A DNA stretch of 64,000 bases from positions 8,907,819 through 8,971,818 of the forward strand of contig MU058065.1 in NCBI GenBank assembly GCA_013265495.1, written 5' to 3'. This DNA is from Vicugna vicugna. Lineage: Eukaryota. The notes under the pieces were generated by a model. The model did no database searches. It saw only the letters and a program-made list of their open reading frames with translations, and was not told the origin of the DNA. The position numbers and the translations under genes were made by a program. Positions 1-14,362 of this stretch are shown piece by piece (the first letter of the stretch is position 1; each line of letters begins with the position of its first letter).

Positions 1-1189
1 TTTTGTTTCTTTGGTTTCTAGAAAAGATTTCTCTTGAGAGATTGTTGTACTTACGTGAAACGAGGTGATTTGCTCTGTTTACCTTTTTGCCGTGCTTCCA
101 GTAAGCTTGGAGTGAATTTAATACTTAACCATAGCAATTTTATTAGTTCACATGGCTGGAATATTTGCTTTTCTTCATTTCCTTGACCCAACTCTGTATT
201 TTATTAACCTTCATATTATATTCTGGAAGGAGGTGGGGTATAAGCAAGTTATTTTCTCATCTTTTTTCCATAGTCAGAGTCTTTGAACTAGGATCAAACT
301 CTGTGATCCTAGGCTATGCCATCTCCTTCAACCAACTTCAGTTCTAGTTTAGGTTACTGGTTTAGGTTAAGATTTTACTACTGTCCTAAGTATCTTACAG
401 GAAAATGCGATGATCTTTGCTCAGTTTGCTCTGCAGTGCTCTTACTTAATTTTCTTACCATCATTACATTGTTTTGGAAACCACTTTTGTGGCTCTCTTC
501 ATTTTTTGAATTGTTCTTTCTTGTTGCCTGGCTCTTTTTGGGTTTGCTCTGGGGAAAGCCTGAGGCCCGAGAGGCTTTTGCTTCTTTCCCAATTGTCTGC
601 CTTCTTGACAGCATATCCTTCTCTCAGCTTTCAGTCTCATCTCTGTGGAAATAATATTTCATCATTTATCCAAGCTGTGCTCTCATATTTACTTCAGATT
701 TAAAATTTGTACCCCTGTATCCATTCTTTTGCCTCATTTCAATCTATTTTGCATACTGTTTTGAGATTAATTATTAAATTTTAATTTCAAAATATCACTC
801 CTTCCAGAAAACCAATATGGACTGGGATGAGCACTATGTCAGAGTCACAAGCCATACTGTGTAGCATTCAGGATTCTTGATTAACCTTTATTTTATGCCA
901 GTACTTGCCCAACGTGAACATTTTTATCACACTCTTTTCAAGAATGCCATACTTCATTTCTGTAAAACCCAGAGTGTATATTCTGTCTCAGTGAAAGATC
1001 CCTGGGAAGGGTTGGAAGGTGGGGATGAGGGGACATTTTTTTAAGCTGCTCTTTTTTGGGGCAGTTTTATTGTTTAATTAGAAAAGAAAAGAGATATGAC
1101 AGAGAAGGATAATGCTGGGACAGTATCAGCATATGTATGCTCTTTAAAAAAGAGGTAATTCCTACAGGGTACAGTGTTGAAAGTATTCC

Positions 1190-1420
1190 ATTAAAACAAG
1201 ATCATTTTTCCCCTATTGGATTTGCAGATGTTAAATTAAGTGATGCAGAGCGTGTGGGAAATAGAAACTCTTCCATTACTGGTGGAGGTATAATTAATTC
1301 AGCTATTTTAGAAGGCAGTTTGGTAGTATCTGCTAAAAACTGCATACCCATGATGCAATCATTGTATGTTTGCTCATTTACAGGAAGTCATGGCCTTTTA
1401 AAGTATTTTTAATTGAACAA
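1190..1420 (+). mobile_element. Ancient L1 (L1M/L1ME-like) fragment, degraded ORF2 3' region
   Basis: Resembles the L1 segment ...gtgtgggaaatagaaactcttcc...ggtggaggtataatt...gctattttagaaggcagtttggtagtatc...gcatacccatgat; heavily diverged. Confidence 0.5.
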
Positions 1421-2927
1421 ATGTAATTAAAATATATTAAAAGTGAAAGTGCAAGCAAGAATGATTTTTAGCAAGCTTCAGATAGTATGATTTTGTTTTG
1501 GTAGTTTGTATTTACTGATAAATGGAAATCAAGGGGAAAAGAATCATTACATCATATGCTATGGGAATTGAATTTCAAAGTAAGATTAAATACTTAACGC
1601 ATTTCAGCAAACATTGAATTAAGTCTATAAAATAGTACTGATAATGAAGTTGAAACAGTATTTAGCAGTTATAGATAATACATTTTGGAATTGAAAGACA
1701 GGAACCTCGAAGTAGGTCACAGATTCTGTTATGATTCTTTAATAATGCATTTTCTTTTATAAAAGTAAATGTATTTACAGTTCACTTACGTTAAAATCAA
1801 GATTGAAAATATGAACCCCTCAATGAACCCCTCAGACATTTTACTTGTGACTTCCTCAATATTAAAGTTTTTTTCTAGATTACAGTTATCAGTGAGTTTT
1901 AGTTTTGTTTGAATGGCCAGCCATAACATACATCATAAAACTTTTTGCTGCCTAATGTTTACTTTAAACCACATGCATCCGTTTAGCTGTTGATAATATC
2001 TGTACAAAATTGGTAATGAATAAACTGCATGCTGCTAATTAATACTCAAAGTTCACTGAAAGAGCATGAATTAGATCCTGGAGTTTAGTCTTCTTGAGTT
2101 TTAGCTTCTTGTTTCCAGGCTTTACATTTTCACAAAGAAGTTTGCCTACCTAAAAATCAACTAACTGAAGAAACGACTACCAAACAGAATTATCTTTTTT
2201 TGTAAAGGCTGTATATAGGGAAAAGTAGGTGGCGGTTGAGGGTAGTGATGGACGGCACTGTTTTAGTCTGAAAAACATAAAAGTTACCTTGAAGAGAAAT
2301 TTGTTGAAATTATTTGTGGGATACTTTTTAGGGTTATAAGATAATACAATGTTACGTCAAAAGTTAGAATATAAATTTTTCCATGCAGTTTGATCTCAAG
2401 TGATCTTAACCTTTTAAAAAATGCTTAGGAAAGGTGATGGAAATAAGCCAAAATGATGTTAGCAGTTGTGGTTTATGAGAATGGATGTTGTTTTTCCTGT
2501 CTCCTTATAGTTACTTTTAAGATTTCCCATTATGAGTATATTTAACTTCTATAAAGAGGAAACACATCTGTTAAATTTTAAACTTGTATATCTCTGCTTT
2601 GCCGTCCTAGTCTGCTATCTTAATATCCTGTTTCTGATATGTATAATAAGCACCATCACATTCAAAAAAGTTATGAAAAAGATTATGAATGGATTTATAC
2701 CGCTCCTATTCATCAGCATTATCTAGTTGTATTCACTTTTAATCCTTAGACATCAGACTTTCTAATTTCTAAACTATTTTTGGTATAAGTCTCCTTAGAA
2801 AATGTTACTTTTTTTTTTGGCCATATTGAAACATTATAATGAATAGAGTTCAACATTTCTTGTTCAACTTATGTTTACTGTAAGAGAGCATTACTATATT
2901 GTGCTAAAATACAGTGATGCTCTAAGG

Positions 2928-3108
2928 CAAATGTTGGCTAACTTCTCTGAAGGATCAAATAGTAAATATTTTTGGCTTATAGTCTACCTGGTTTCTGTTA
3001 AAACTATTCAAATCAGTTGTTGTAGCAAAGAAGCCATAGACAATAGGTAAATGAGGAGGCATGGTGGTCTTGCAATAAAACTTTATTTACAAAAACAGGT
3101 GGCCCCTG
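2928..3108. mobile_element. MER58A-like hAT-Charlie MITE
   Basis: Contains atagtaaatattttggctt...gccatagacaata...caataaaactttatttacaaaaacaggtggcccctg. A similar copy lies at 31727. Confidence 0.75.
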
Positions 3109-4459
3109 CACTAAACTGTATTTAGTTGTGTAAGGTGTTCTCTCCTATTCTGATTGGTTCTGTTTTACATGATCTGTTCTATAGATTTTTGTATCCTGTA
3201 TCAGTTGCAATGTTTTGGTTTTGGCTTTCATGTTCCTACTTTGGCTATTTTCCCTCACTCTCACCTTCTATATCCAACTCCCCTTAGGTTTTTAAAAAAT
3301 TGGGGTAAAACAAATATAAAATTTTTCATTCTGACAGTTTTTAAGTCTACAGTAAATGGCATTAAGTACTCCCCTTACTTTTAAAAGAACCCAGATAATT
3401 AAGCTCTTGTATGTAAAAAGTGTATCTGTAGGTCTTTTATGTCTATATAGGTCCTGAGTGAGTAAAGTTTATAATCTTTAGTATAGGAATTTAGGAGGAC
3501 ATCTATTTTCTGCAACTCAAAAACTGAGAATTAGAGTTAGTGACTTTAAAGACATTGAATTCCACCTTATTTGACATTTTATAAACTGGTTACAGATATT
3601 AAATGAACTAACCAAGTTCATACAATATTAGGACTTATTTTGTTTTTTCTTCCAATATTAGGAGAGTAATACTTTATTGATTACTATTTTAGGTTCAGTA
3701 TTGGAAGAGCCCTTAAAAACCCACTCCCCAGCTGAAGTTTTTTTCTCTTCTGTTATACTTCCTACATGTAGTTATTCATCTCTGTTTGAATACTTCTTGA
3801 CAAGACAATTCATTCCCTTGGAAGTCAGCCCATTCCATTTTCAGAGCTGTTTTGTTTTCCCTCATGTATAGCTGAAGTCTGCCTTTCGTTAACTTCTATC
3901 TATCTATTTTAGTTATGTTGAAGAAGTCATCTCTAGTGTGATATCAAAGTGATTGTGGTGACATAATTCACATACTTATATTTTTACAACTAAAATGATT
4001 TGTTCAAGGACACTTGACTGAAGGAATACGTGGTTGGAAGGACTAACAGAGTCGGACATTAGACTTGATCTGTCAGGTCCTTGTTCTCCCATTGCAGTCA
4101 GGCAGACTGTCTCTGTGGGCTAGACTTCTAAAGCTGTACATGTGGACAAATTGCCATCAGCTGATGTGGACAGACTGGCCACTTCCTCACATAAAGCTGA
4201 CTTTCGTGCTTCTTATTTTGGCTTGCTCTTGAATACATTTAATTGAAGTCCAGTCAAAACAGCAGCCCTAATTTAATATAATCTCATCCTTGCTTTGTAA
4301 ATTTTAACAAGTCACAGTAACAATTTAGTTATCTGACATAAATAATTCCCCCATTAGCATTTTGAATGGAGATTCTTCGATATGTAAGGAGACTCATCTT
4401 TTATTATTCAGACCAAATTTGAGGTATTCCTGCTAAGATGAAGTGTAACAGCTGAGCAC

Positions 4460-4615
4460 AGTTGGTGTGGCATAGCAGGAAGAATCTGGGACTGGGAACC
4501 AAGGACTGGCTTTCTAGGACAAATTCTGGGTCCAGCCACTTGAGTTGTGTGACATTGGACATGTTGCTTGACTTTGAGACTCTGCCCTTTTCTGTAAATT
4601 GGGGACAGTTTACCC
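4460..4615 (+). mobile_element. MIR SINE fragment
   Basis: Core-like text: ctgggtccagccacttgagttgtgtgacattggacatgttgcttgact...ttttctgtaaattgggga. Confidence 0.6.
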
Positions 4616-5180
4616 ACCTTGCTTTAACACATAGACTTTTAACATAAAACAACAGAAAGTCCTTTTTTAAAAGTAAAGGCTTAAAAGACAATATATTGTT
4701 TTGAAATTCACCAATAATTAGCCTTGGGGCAAAACGATTTAGAGGATGAGCAGAATTTGTCACTTAGAGTTTTAGATGGTCAGCCAACATCAGTTCAGCT
4801 TTCAGCCTCACAGGTTTAATCTGCTAATTTACAGTGTTGATGGACACTTTCTGTCAATCAAGTCACTCTAAATTTAAAATGATAAACTGAAGAACATCTC
4901 CAAATACTTTATAAAGATGATTGTTTTAAAATGAAGATACATATAAAAACACAGAAGCATTATTTTGTATTGTTAGTGGGTGTCTTTTTTAAACCTAGTT
5001 GAAAAAAAGTTTTTTGATTATCTAATGGGTTTATCATACTATGTAATGCATTACATGAAGTTGATCAAAAAAAAAAGAAAGAAAGAAAGAAAGGCAGACA
5101 TTACTCTAGCCTTTATAGTTTGGAAAAGTTAAATAGTATGAAACATTATTTAACAAAATTAAGACAGTATAGTTGGTTTC

Positions 5181-5278
5181 TTTTTTTTTTTTTTTTAATG
5201 AAGGTACTGGGGAATGAACCCAGGACCTCATGCATACTAGGCATGCCCTCTACCTCTTAGCTATTACTCTCTCTCCTC
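5181..5278 (-). mobile_element. tRNA-derived SINE (camelid Vic-1-like), diverged
   Basis: Poly(T) followed by ggtactggggaatgaacccaggacctcatgcatactaggcatgccctctacc; homologous to copies at 32390 and 36618. Confidence 0.8.
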
Positions 5279-7094
5279 AGTTTTCTTTCCTCCTCTCATT
5301 TTGCAGTTCTTAATACTTTTCATTTTCTTCTTTTCGTTTTGTGGAGTTTTTTTTTTTTACTTAGAAAATTTTAATAGAATAGATAGTACAAAGTCAAATT
5401 ATATTCAGTTCAAACTTGGTATTGGGAAACTGTTTGATTAATAGAATAAACAAATGCAGCGCATCTTTTCATGTTTGCAGAATTTAAATTCCATATGTAA
5501 GTTTTTTGGCAGTCTCCTTATTTATTAGTTGATTTATATAGATCACTCTCAACCCTGAAGATTAGGCATTTTAACAGCTAATGGGTAGAAACTGGCACCT
5601 TAATTCACATATCCTGTGCTTTAACTGTTTGCTGTTCTTTGTAAATACCCAGTGAATGTTTACCCTCATTGCTGTTGTCCTTCTATTTCTTTTGCCAGAA
5701 ATCCTCTTCTGTTGCCATGTTTGCAGCTCCTACCCATCTTTCAAGTCTCACTCAAATTCCACCTCTTCTAAAAAAGCTTTACCTTATTATAATGTCCACA
5801 ATGAAGTAAATTTCCAGTGACTGGATCCCATTGTTTCTTTCTTGTAATTTCTCATTTTGTGTCTTTTATTTCCCTTTTAGACTGTAAGCAATGGCTACTA
5901 TAATGCTGTACCTATTGTAGATGACAGTTAAATAAGTGGTATTTTTCTTTTTCAGTTTTTAAAAGAAATCATTTCTATTTTTTAAGCAGGTATTTTGTGA
6001 GGGTAAAGTAGGAGAAAGAATGGGTAAAAAAGGAACAAAATGATGGTGAAAAGACCTTAAAGGCAGAAATTAGAAAGGAGATGAGAGGATAAAAGGAAAG
6101 GAAATGAGGGAGAATAAAAGGGAAGGAATAAAAAGATATGAAACAAGGATTTTTCTTTGAGTTTACTAATCTTCTATGTATATCCTATCTCAGTTGCTTA
6201 GTGTCATAACTATTTTATGTTTTTCCTGAGGAATCTAAGGAGTTATCAGCAATTGTTGGTATTACAATTTGAAGCCTGTTATAGTCTATTTTTTGTCATT
6301 AAATCTTGAATACTTCTCAAGGACTTCCTAGTTACTATATAGTCTGAAAACTGTAATTTTTAACTTTTGAGTTTTGATAGCAAAAACATCATGAAACGTT
6401 GCCACAAAGCCATATTAAATTTGGGGAAAGAAAAGAGGGTATTATCAAGAAAGGTCTTTGGAGTAATTTCTACTTGTTTGAAAGTTTGGGAAGAATCTTT
6501 GTATTTATTCACCAGACTGTTGAAGTGAACCGTTCTCAGATCAGAGCCTGAGCTTTTAACAGCTGAGATAGGTAGTATTTTTTTTTAATCAATTTTTACC
6601 ATTTATTTTGTGACCATATTTTTTAGGGATGACTTAAATCTTTCTTCTGTGGATAAAAATTAGTCTCTGTTCCAAAAGCAAGTAAATATTTACCTTTTTT
6701 GTTAGCTATGGCAATAGAACAGCCTTTTTTTTTTCTTTCTTTTTGCACTATGTACCGTAAGCTAAAGAAGTGTATATTTTATGTTACTTACATAGCTTTT
6801 AGGCAAAGCAAATACCATTTACTGATGTGATAAATACATAGAAAGCTTATTCTGCAGTTTTTTTAAAGTGAAAAACTACCATTATCTGAAGTTTATTTGG
6901 CAAACCATTTTCTGTAAATAATTGGTATGTTATTTTCCACTGATTTTTTTCTTTTGACAGCTGGGTCAATTTTTCTTTAAATATTAAGTCATCAGTATTA
7001 CTGAATGCTATTTAATGGTTTTAAATCAGGGTAAGATCTAGAAAAATTGTGCCTAATAGAGGTAATAACTAGCTGGTAGGCTTGAGAGCCAGTA

Positions 7095-7400
7095 AAACTA
7101 GTGATAAATAGTTTGGGCTCTGGATTCTGAGAAATGGGGGTTCTAAATACATCTTTACCACTGTGTAGTCTTGGAAAGTTTGTTGACCTGTCTGAGCCTC
7201 TGTGGAATGGGGATAGATTTTTATCAACAAATAATAAATATACTAAGCCTTTACTATGTACTGGGAACTATACTATGTTTTGGACAATAATAGTACCTTC
7301 TGTCATAAGATCATTGGAGAATTTAATTAGAATGCATGTAAAACACTTAGCAGAGTACTTAGAACAAAAGTGATCAATAAATTTTAGCTCTTATTATTAA
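7095..7400 (+). mobile_element. MIR SINE with a short internal L2-like piece
   Basis: ggttctaaatac...ctgtgtagtcttggaaagtttgttgacctgtctgagcctc...aatgcatgtaaaacacttagcagagtac...caataaattttagct. Confidence 0.65.
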
Positions 7401-8479
7401 AATATTTCAAATACATTTTAAAAAGTCCTCTAAGAGTTAAAATTGTTTCAGGGAGTAATTATATATCTGGGATATGTCATTAAATTACATTAATCCTATG
7501 TGTTTGTTTGTTTGTTTTTAATTGGCATGAAATTCTTATATTTTAAGGCTGATTTTAAAAACTAGTAGTTGGTTTAACAGCTTTGAAAACAAGTATAAAT
7601 GATATTAATGCCAACATTAATGTTTGCTTTAGGAGAAGTTTTAATGTGCATGTGTAAGTGAACCAACACTATATTCTGTTATCTTTCAAGTAATATATGG
7701 ACCACTGATAATAGTTAGGGAAGCAGTTATATTAGGAAATAAATAAATGTGGTTTATTAAAGTACAGAACTATTATATAATGTTCAGGTAATCCAGGAAA
7801 TATTTAGACCTACAAAATACCTAGAAAAGCTCTTTTTAATAGTATAAAAATACAGTAGACTTACCCTCTGTGACAGTTAATTTTACAAAATTAATGTATT
7901 CAATTTTCCTGTTAAATTACCATTATACCTATGGCTAGTTAAGAATTGATAATACTAAGTTCTGAATTTAATTAAAAAAATATTTCCTCCTTTCTTTCTA
8001 ATTTTCCATCTTTCTTGAAATACAGGTGAAGTTCTTTCCAGACACTTTATACATATACACATATATACATATACACACATGTATTTATTTCTTCCTTTGA
8101 TTTTAATAAGTGATAGATGGGGAGGGGAATTGGTCTGCCTTAGATCTATAATTCTTATAGTATCATTATAAATCTTACAACATCACTTATGACAGTCATA
8201 AACATTCAGAATATTGAAATGTGTTCATTTCCCTTCCAGAGCCAAAAAAAAAAAAAAGACATTTAATGCATTCATTATAGTTTATCTGAAAGCTTTTCAG
8301 CGAAGAGGAAAAAATTTTTGTTGTTTAAAAGTTTGGTTAATTATAGCATCTTATAATAGCTTATTAGTTAATTAAGATTTTAATGTGTTTTTGTGGTAAA
8401 ATTTTTATTCTAACAGTCTTTGTGACTTGTGGCATTTGATCTGTGTATGTAAGCATAGATTACTTTAAAAATATTAACT

Positions 8480-8710
8480 ACAACTGCCAACAATTGAGTA
8501 CTTACTCTCTACCAGGGAGTTTTCCAAAGGTATCAAAAGTATCAAGTCAGCTAATCTTCACAACAGCCCTCTGAGGTGGGTGCTATTACGTCCCTTTCTC
8601 AGATGAGGAAACTGAATCACCAGAAGGTTAATTTACCCAGAATTACTCAGATAGTATTACAGTCAGGATTCAAGAATTTGTGCACTAATCTTTACTTAAT
8701 TGCCCTCTCC
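8480..8710 (-). mobile_element. MIR SINE
   Basis: taatcttcacaacagccctctgaggtgggtgctattacgtccctttctcagatgaggaaactgaatcaccagaaggttaatttacccag: reverse-strand MIR core. Confidence 0.75.
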
Positions 8711-9157
8711 CCAAGATTTTACAGTCAGGTTAACTATTTGAACAATATACATGTATAGTCATCATATTAAAAAACAACAACAACGGAACAAAGTATTGAA
8801 CATTTGCTAGGCTCTATAATTAGTATTAGGTGATTGTATTAGGCTGTACAGGAAGGGTGTCATCATTAACAGATGGCTAGGCATTAGCACTACTAGAAAT
8901 GGTAGTCAAGATTTTGAAACCTGAGATTAAAAAATATCTGAGTTAATTAATCTTGTTTTTGCTTGTTTTTCAGTAGACTTTCAATAATACTGGTTTGATT
9001 TTGATAAATCAGCATTTATTATGACAGTAGATCTTGATGAGCAGTACGGTAGTCTCAACTGTAGTCTGATTCAGTGATTATTTTTAAAATACATGTAGCT
9101 AAAATCTGCTAGAATGTTCATGTAAGATTAATTTTATCTTCTTTTTTTTCCCTTTAG

Positions 9158-9254
9158 TAAAATAAAACAGGGTCTGTTACCTAGCTTGGAAGATTTGCTC
9201 TTCTATACAATTGCAGAAGGACAAGAGAAAATACCTGTTCATAAATTCATTACA
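9158..9254 (+). CDS. GLS: Glutaminase (kidney-type) coding exon 2, 97 nt
   Basis: Acceptor ttttttttccctttag, donor ACA|gtaagt. Encodes (x)[32 protein letters not shown], matching mammalian GLS. Confidence 0.97.
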
Positions 9255-9606
9255 GTAAGTTTTTATATTTTTCTGTCTTAATTTTTTTAAAGTCAGTAAT
9301 ACTGAATCAATAATATGGTAATATTGAAATGTAGTCTTAAAGGTCATCTGAAATGTAGATTCTGACTGACACTATTTCTCTTATTTTCAAATTTTCATCG
9401 TGTTCATTTCAAGGTAATCAGTGAAAGAAAATGAAAGAAACAATGAGAATGTCCAGAAAGTGGGTAATAGTGACACTAAAATGCCATATACATATTCAGG
9501 TCTTGGGTAGAAGTTTTTATATACAGGAATTAAAAACTTGTATTTGGAATAAGCATATACATTATTTGCACTTTATATTTACAAACTCTTATTTTTTTAA
9601 AAACAG

Positions 9607-9728
9607 GCACTCAAATCTACAGGATTGCGAACGTCTGATCCCAGGTTGAAAGAGTGTATGGATATGTTAAGATTAACTCTTCAAACAACATCAGATGGTG
9701 TCATGCTAGACAAAGATCTTTTTAAAAA
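9607..9728 (+). CDS. GLS: GLS exon 3, 122 nt
   Basis: aaacag|GCA...AA|gtaaaa. Encodes ALKSTGLRTSDPRLKECMDMLRLTLQTTSDGVMLDKDLFK(K). Confidence 0.97.
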
Positions 9729-12700
9729 GTAAAAAAAATTTCTGCCAAACCTTTAATGGTGATTTGCTATGCTATATGGTGTTTTTTCTTTTAAAAGAAA
9801 ATTGCATCTTTGAAGGCCAGCGCTTCCTGTGTAACTGAAAAAAAAAGGGGAAGGGTGTTTATAAACATCAATTGTTTGGAACAACCTGGTGTACATTAAG
9901 GTTCTATAATACACTGAGGCTAAGACTATACTTTGAAACTGTTCTGAGGAAATGTAGCCACAGATCTTTATTGCATTCAGTTTGAATAGAGCACACTGTT
10001 TGTCCTATCATGGCTTAAATTAATCTTTAATTCATCTGCATATCTTGCAGGCTTTCTCAGTATGTTCTGTTTCTTGCCTACAAGGTAACTTAGATGACAT
10101 CATAAAATGAGAAGGCTTCTTTCAGGCAGTGTATATTCCTCAGATTTACATATCTCATTTGTCTGCTTCTTTCCTCTCTTCAGACATATTACTACATAGG
10201 CTTTTGGCTATTTGGGATTTTTTTCCAGATTATTTAAAAACTTAATGCAGACTTTGGATATTAATGCCTTGATTTGGTTGTTGAGAATATTAATTTTGAC
10301 CTTCTTATATTTGGCTATCTTTATTATTTCTCTTCATTAATGTGCTTCTACTTGTCTGATTGCTTAATGATTTAATAGATAGCATGTTTGTCATCGATCC
10401 CAAAGAGATGAACTATTAAACTACTAAACTTAGGTAAAAACTAGTATAAAACTGTAAACACTACTGTAAGACATTGGCTTTTTCTAGACCATAGGCTTAG
10501 GTTGGGATAGATCCAAAAAGTTCCAGCATCTGCCTTGAAAGTTTATTTGGATGTATGTATTTTTATTAACTTTTTCTTTTATTGTCTTTTGGGGGCTAGA
10601 TGATTTGTTCTTAGATATCTCCTGGGAATGTCCTAGAGTAATAAGTCATCTGAAGATAAAAGTATTTAGCTGAGACCCTCCCAGGTATCTTGGCATACTG
10701 TGAAGCACTGCTGACAGTTTGGCTTTTTATCTTTTCACCACAAGGTTCTTGATTCTGTTAATTCAGCTGACCTTATGAAGTATAGATTTAGGTCCACGTT
10801 GGAATTGGTGTTAGGAATTGTGACTCTTCAGAACCTGTTTCTTTGTGAAGAGAAGGAAATTTCTAGTTAACTGTGCTTTTGCAGTAAAGATTATTTTACT
10901 TTTAGTGTTCATGAACTGTGCAAAGTATCTTGATTATGGTGCTTTTTAGGGAGTTATTTTAGTGTATCTGAAAGTGAAGTTGTCAAAGAGATGGTAGGTA
11001 GATTTGTTGATAATGGGTATGAGGAATTGCTTTGGAATTCCTAAGTGAAAGCAGTATTTTATACCTTTGTAATACTGGTTAAATTTTTTTTGTGCTTCAT
11101 AAACATATTGCTGTGTTTAAATATGAAATTAAAAGTGACTTAAATATACTGATTATGAAGTCAAAAAACAGAATCATAAAATTTCTACCCGTAAGTATAT
11201 TTTAAAAATAATAATTAGCATTATTTAAACACTGATCCTTTTTTTTTTTTTTAATTGATGATTGTAATATAGGCAGTTCCCAACATGACAAAGCTTAGTG
11301 GTACATGTGAGGAGGCAGTGGAAAAGTTTATATTTATAGGTATATGATTTCTCTTCCTCCCTGGAATGAGGTGATTCAAAACCTCTGACTATTAACCTTT
11401 TCAGGTCACCTGGAAAGGTGATTGCTCCAGAGAAGTTTTTTTCTCTGTTTTCAAAATAAGTTTTCTAGTTAGTGTTGCCAGAAATAAATTTATCTCAGCT
11501 CCATGTAGGTGGGAAGAAGGTGTTACAGTGGAATCTTTTTTCCCAGAGAAGTGATTCATAAAGGTGGAAAGATTTGGTTGAAGTCAATATGTTGATATTT
11601 TACCTAAAATACATTGTTGGTTAATATATTTAGCCTTTGATGGTAATCTGAGAAACAACTTTTATGTAGAACATTTTTTTTAATGGGAAAATGAATTCTA
11701 AGCATACCTTTTGGAGCATAATCTGTTTGAAAGTTGGAGACTGCCTGTACCCATCTAGATAGTGAATTGTTTTTAATGATAATATCTTTAAAAGAAGTAG
11801 AAATTTGTGTTGAAAAGGAATGCCTTAAAAAAAAAAAAGAAAAGAAAAGGAATGCCTTACTTATTCTTGCATTTTTAGCCATATAAACAGTAGAACTATT
11901 TTTATGTGTGATCATAATTTTTTCATCTTATATGTTTTGGAGGAAAGTGAATGGTAGTTTTTGAATTTGTTTATTGTTTTATTTTTCTTAAAAAATTCAT
12001 ATCCACTATGTTATTCTACTAATGAAAAATTATATGTGAGATATTTTATAAAACCGTTATGTGCATTACAGTTGTTAATCACAAACATTTAAGTAAAGAA
12101 GGAAGGAAAAATTATTATTACGAGTTTACAGTTAAGAAAACTGAACAAAGCATGAGAAAGATGTGACTTGCTGAAAAGCATAAGCAATTCCTCATCAGCT
12201 CATTTTATGTGACTTCTGATTTTCTAATTAGGTTCATAAAATCTATGTTAAAGTAACTTCCAAGAAAAACATTACTATTTGGAATGTTCATCAGTGTGGC
12301 ACTAGGCACTCTTCTGAGTGGTAAGATTTCCTTGGTTGGGCACAGTAATTCACCGGGGAAGACTGTTAGCATAGCTTTACCAGCATCTTCTGATAGAGCA
12401 GAAACATCCCAGTTTCACTGACTGTACAGTTTTGTTAATGATAAAGCCTCCTTTTAAAAGTGCTGATTAATTTTGAATAGTTAAATAGTGGGTTAGTGGT
12501 AGGCTAATAATTTCTGCTTGTTTGGCAGTCCTCATATTTTCTCATGTAATACTTCTTGAAAAAAGGGGGGTGTAGATTTGATTTGATATAGATATAGTGA
12601 TATAAGATCAGGAATTGTCTTTTCGACTGAGAATACGACTTACAGCTCTCATGTGCAAGTTGAATTGCTATTTGACGCATATTATAAATATTAAGTCAGT

Positions 12701-14232
12701 GGCAAAACTTAATACTTTTAGGTTAACATTGAAATTATCAGAAAACATATCAAAGTGTATTGAAGTAAATATTTATCTTTTGAATGTCAATTATTTTTAT
12801 GTCTGAAGGTTAATAGAAATTAGGACTATTAACTTTTACATGTTGTAATTGGGACACGTCTTTATCACTGAAAATAATCTATTTTACTTTAAATCAGTGT
12901 TTAATTTTATGTTGACTGAGTATATGTTCTGGATTTTTATTAATAGTTAAAATATGATATTTGGCTTTTTAATTTTGATTTGATGTTTCATTTAGAACAA
13001 CTGGAATTAAAATACTGAGAGAACAATTTAAAATACTGAGATATAGAAATTTATCATTTACCTATGGACTGAAAAAGAAATACTGAGAGTGCTTGCTCCT
13101 CCATCTCTCCTTTAATAATTGGTGCACATTAGTTACTTGCAAGTTACATACAGAGTTTTCTTATCTGTAAAGTGGGAAATCATCTCAAAGTATTCATGTT
13201 TTAAGGGTTAAGCAGGATAAGTAGTACTTGAAACAGTACTTTTTAGTCTGTCTGGGCTTAGTCTTAAGTTGGTGTTATGGCTTGATGCTCACATCTGGAA
13301 AGTCTTACTTTATCAAGTAAGTATTCTATTACGAAATTTCTGAGACTTTCTTAAGAAGATGGACTTAGAGTATATGGTTGACTGCTATCTATTTACAAAA
13401 CTCTTCTTTAAGGTTGTATTGATGAATTGATTTTCTGGCTTATATCTTTTTTAAAACAAAGCAGACCATTGGTTCACATCATTAGATTTCATGCTCTCCC
13501 ATCCACATGATTTATCATACCTTTTAAATGGTTTATAACAATGAAACATTTTAATTCTTAATGTATTACGTATCTTACAGGGAATAGAATAATGTAGTTT
13601 AACATTTTTGGTGATTCAGATAATATAAAATTACTGTACTTCTATACATAATTTTTAAAAATTATACATTATTTTTATAAGCATTTTAATAAGTATTTCT
13701 TTAAGAGACAGTCTGACTAAACAAAGTTGATATTTCCATTTTTTTAGCTTAGAAATGCAAATTTTTCAAAATGTAATTCAGGAAAAATATGTTAAAATAC
13801 AAAATGTTTAGTTTTTTGTCAAATACTAGTAATAGTCATATAGAAACTAAGGGATATATATTATTGAAGTCTGGTTTTTGTTAACCAAATGTCATGCTGA
13901 ATGCTTATCAACTCTGGTAGGGTAAAAATCTTGTTTTTAGATGGTCTTGATACTTTACCTGGTGGAATACTCTGCTGTTTTAAACTTTGGCATAATTTTT
14001 AGGCTATCTAATTTGTTTCTTTAACTTGTTCAACAGCTTACAAGCAATTACATGAAAGGCTACTTGAAGGAAAGAGAATAATGTAGAAGGAGTATAATTT
14101 ATAGAATTTAGTTTGTTATGTAAAATGATGAGTTTCTCTATTGTTTGAACATTCTCCTAATTAATATTGTTACTAGCAAGTACTAATATTTAAAAAGTAC
14201 TAGTCTGTTAATTTTTTTCTCATATTCCACAG

Positions 14233-14362
14233 ATGTGTTCAAAGCAACATTGTTTTGTTGACACAAGCCTTTAGAAGAAAGTTTGTCATTCCTGACTTTA
14301 TGTCTTTTACTTCACACATTGATGAGTTATATGAGAGTGCTAAAAAGCAGTCTGGAGGAAAG
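14233..14362 (+). CDS. GLS: GLS exon 4, 130 nt
   Basis: ccacag|A...AAG|gtaaca. Encodes [43 protein letters not shown]. Confidence 0.97.

Noticed and set aside
1004..1032. G-quadruplex-like G-runs
   Set aside because: One loop is 9 nt, such motifs are common, and nothing else supports a function.
13008..13090. Three spaced copies of aaatactgaga, superficially array-like
   Set aside because: Only 11 bp, with irregular spacing, in eukaryotic intron DNA. This is local duplication, not a CRISPR-like array.
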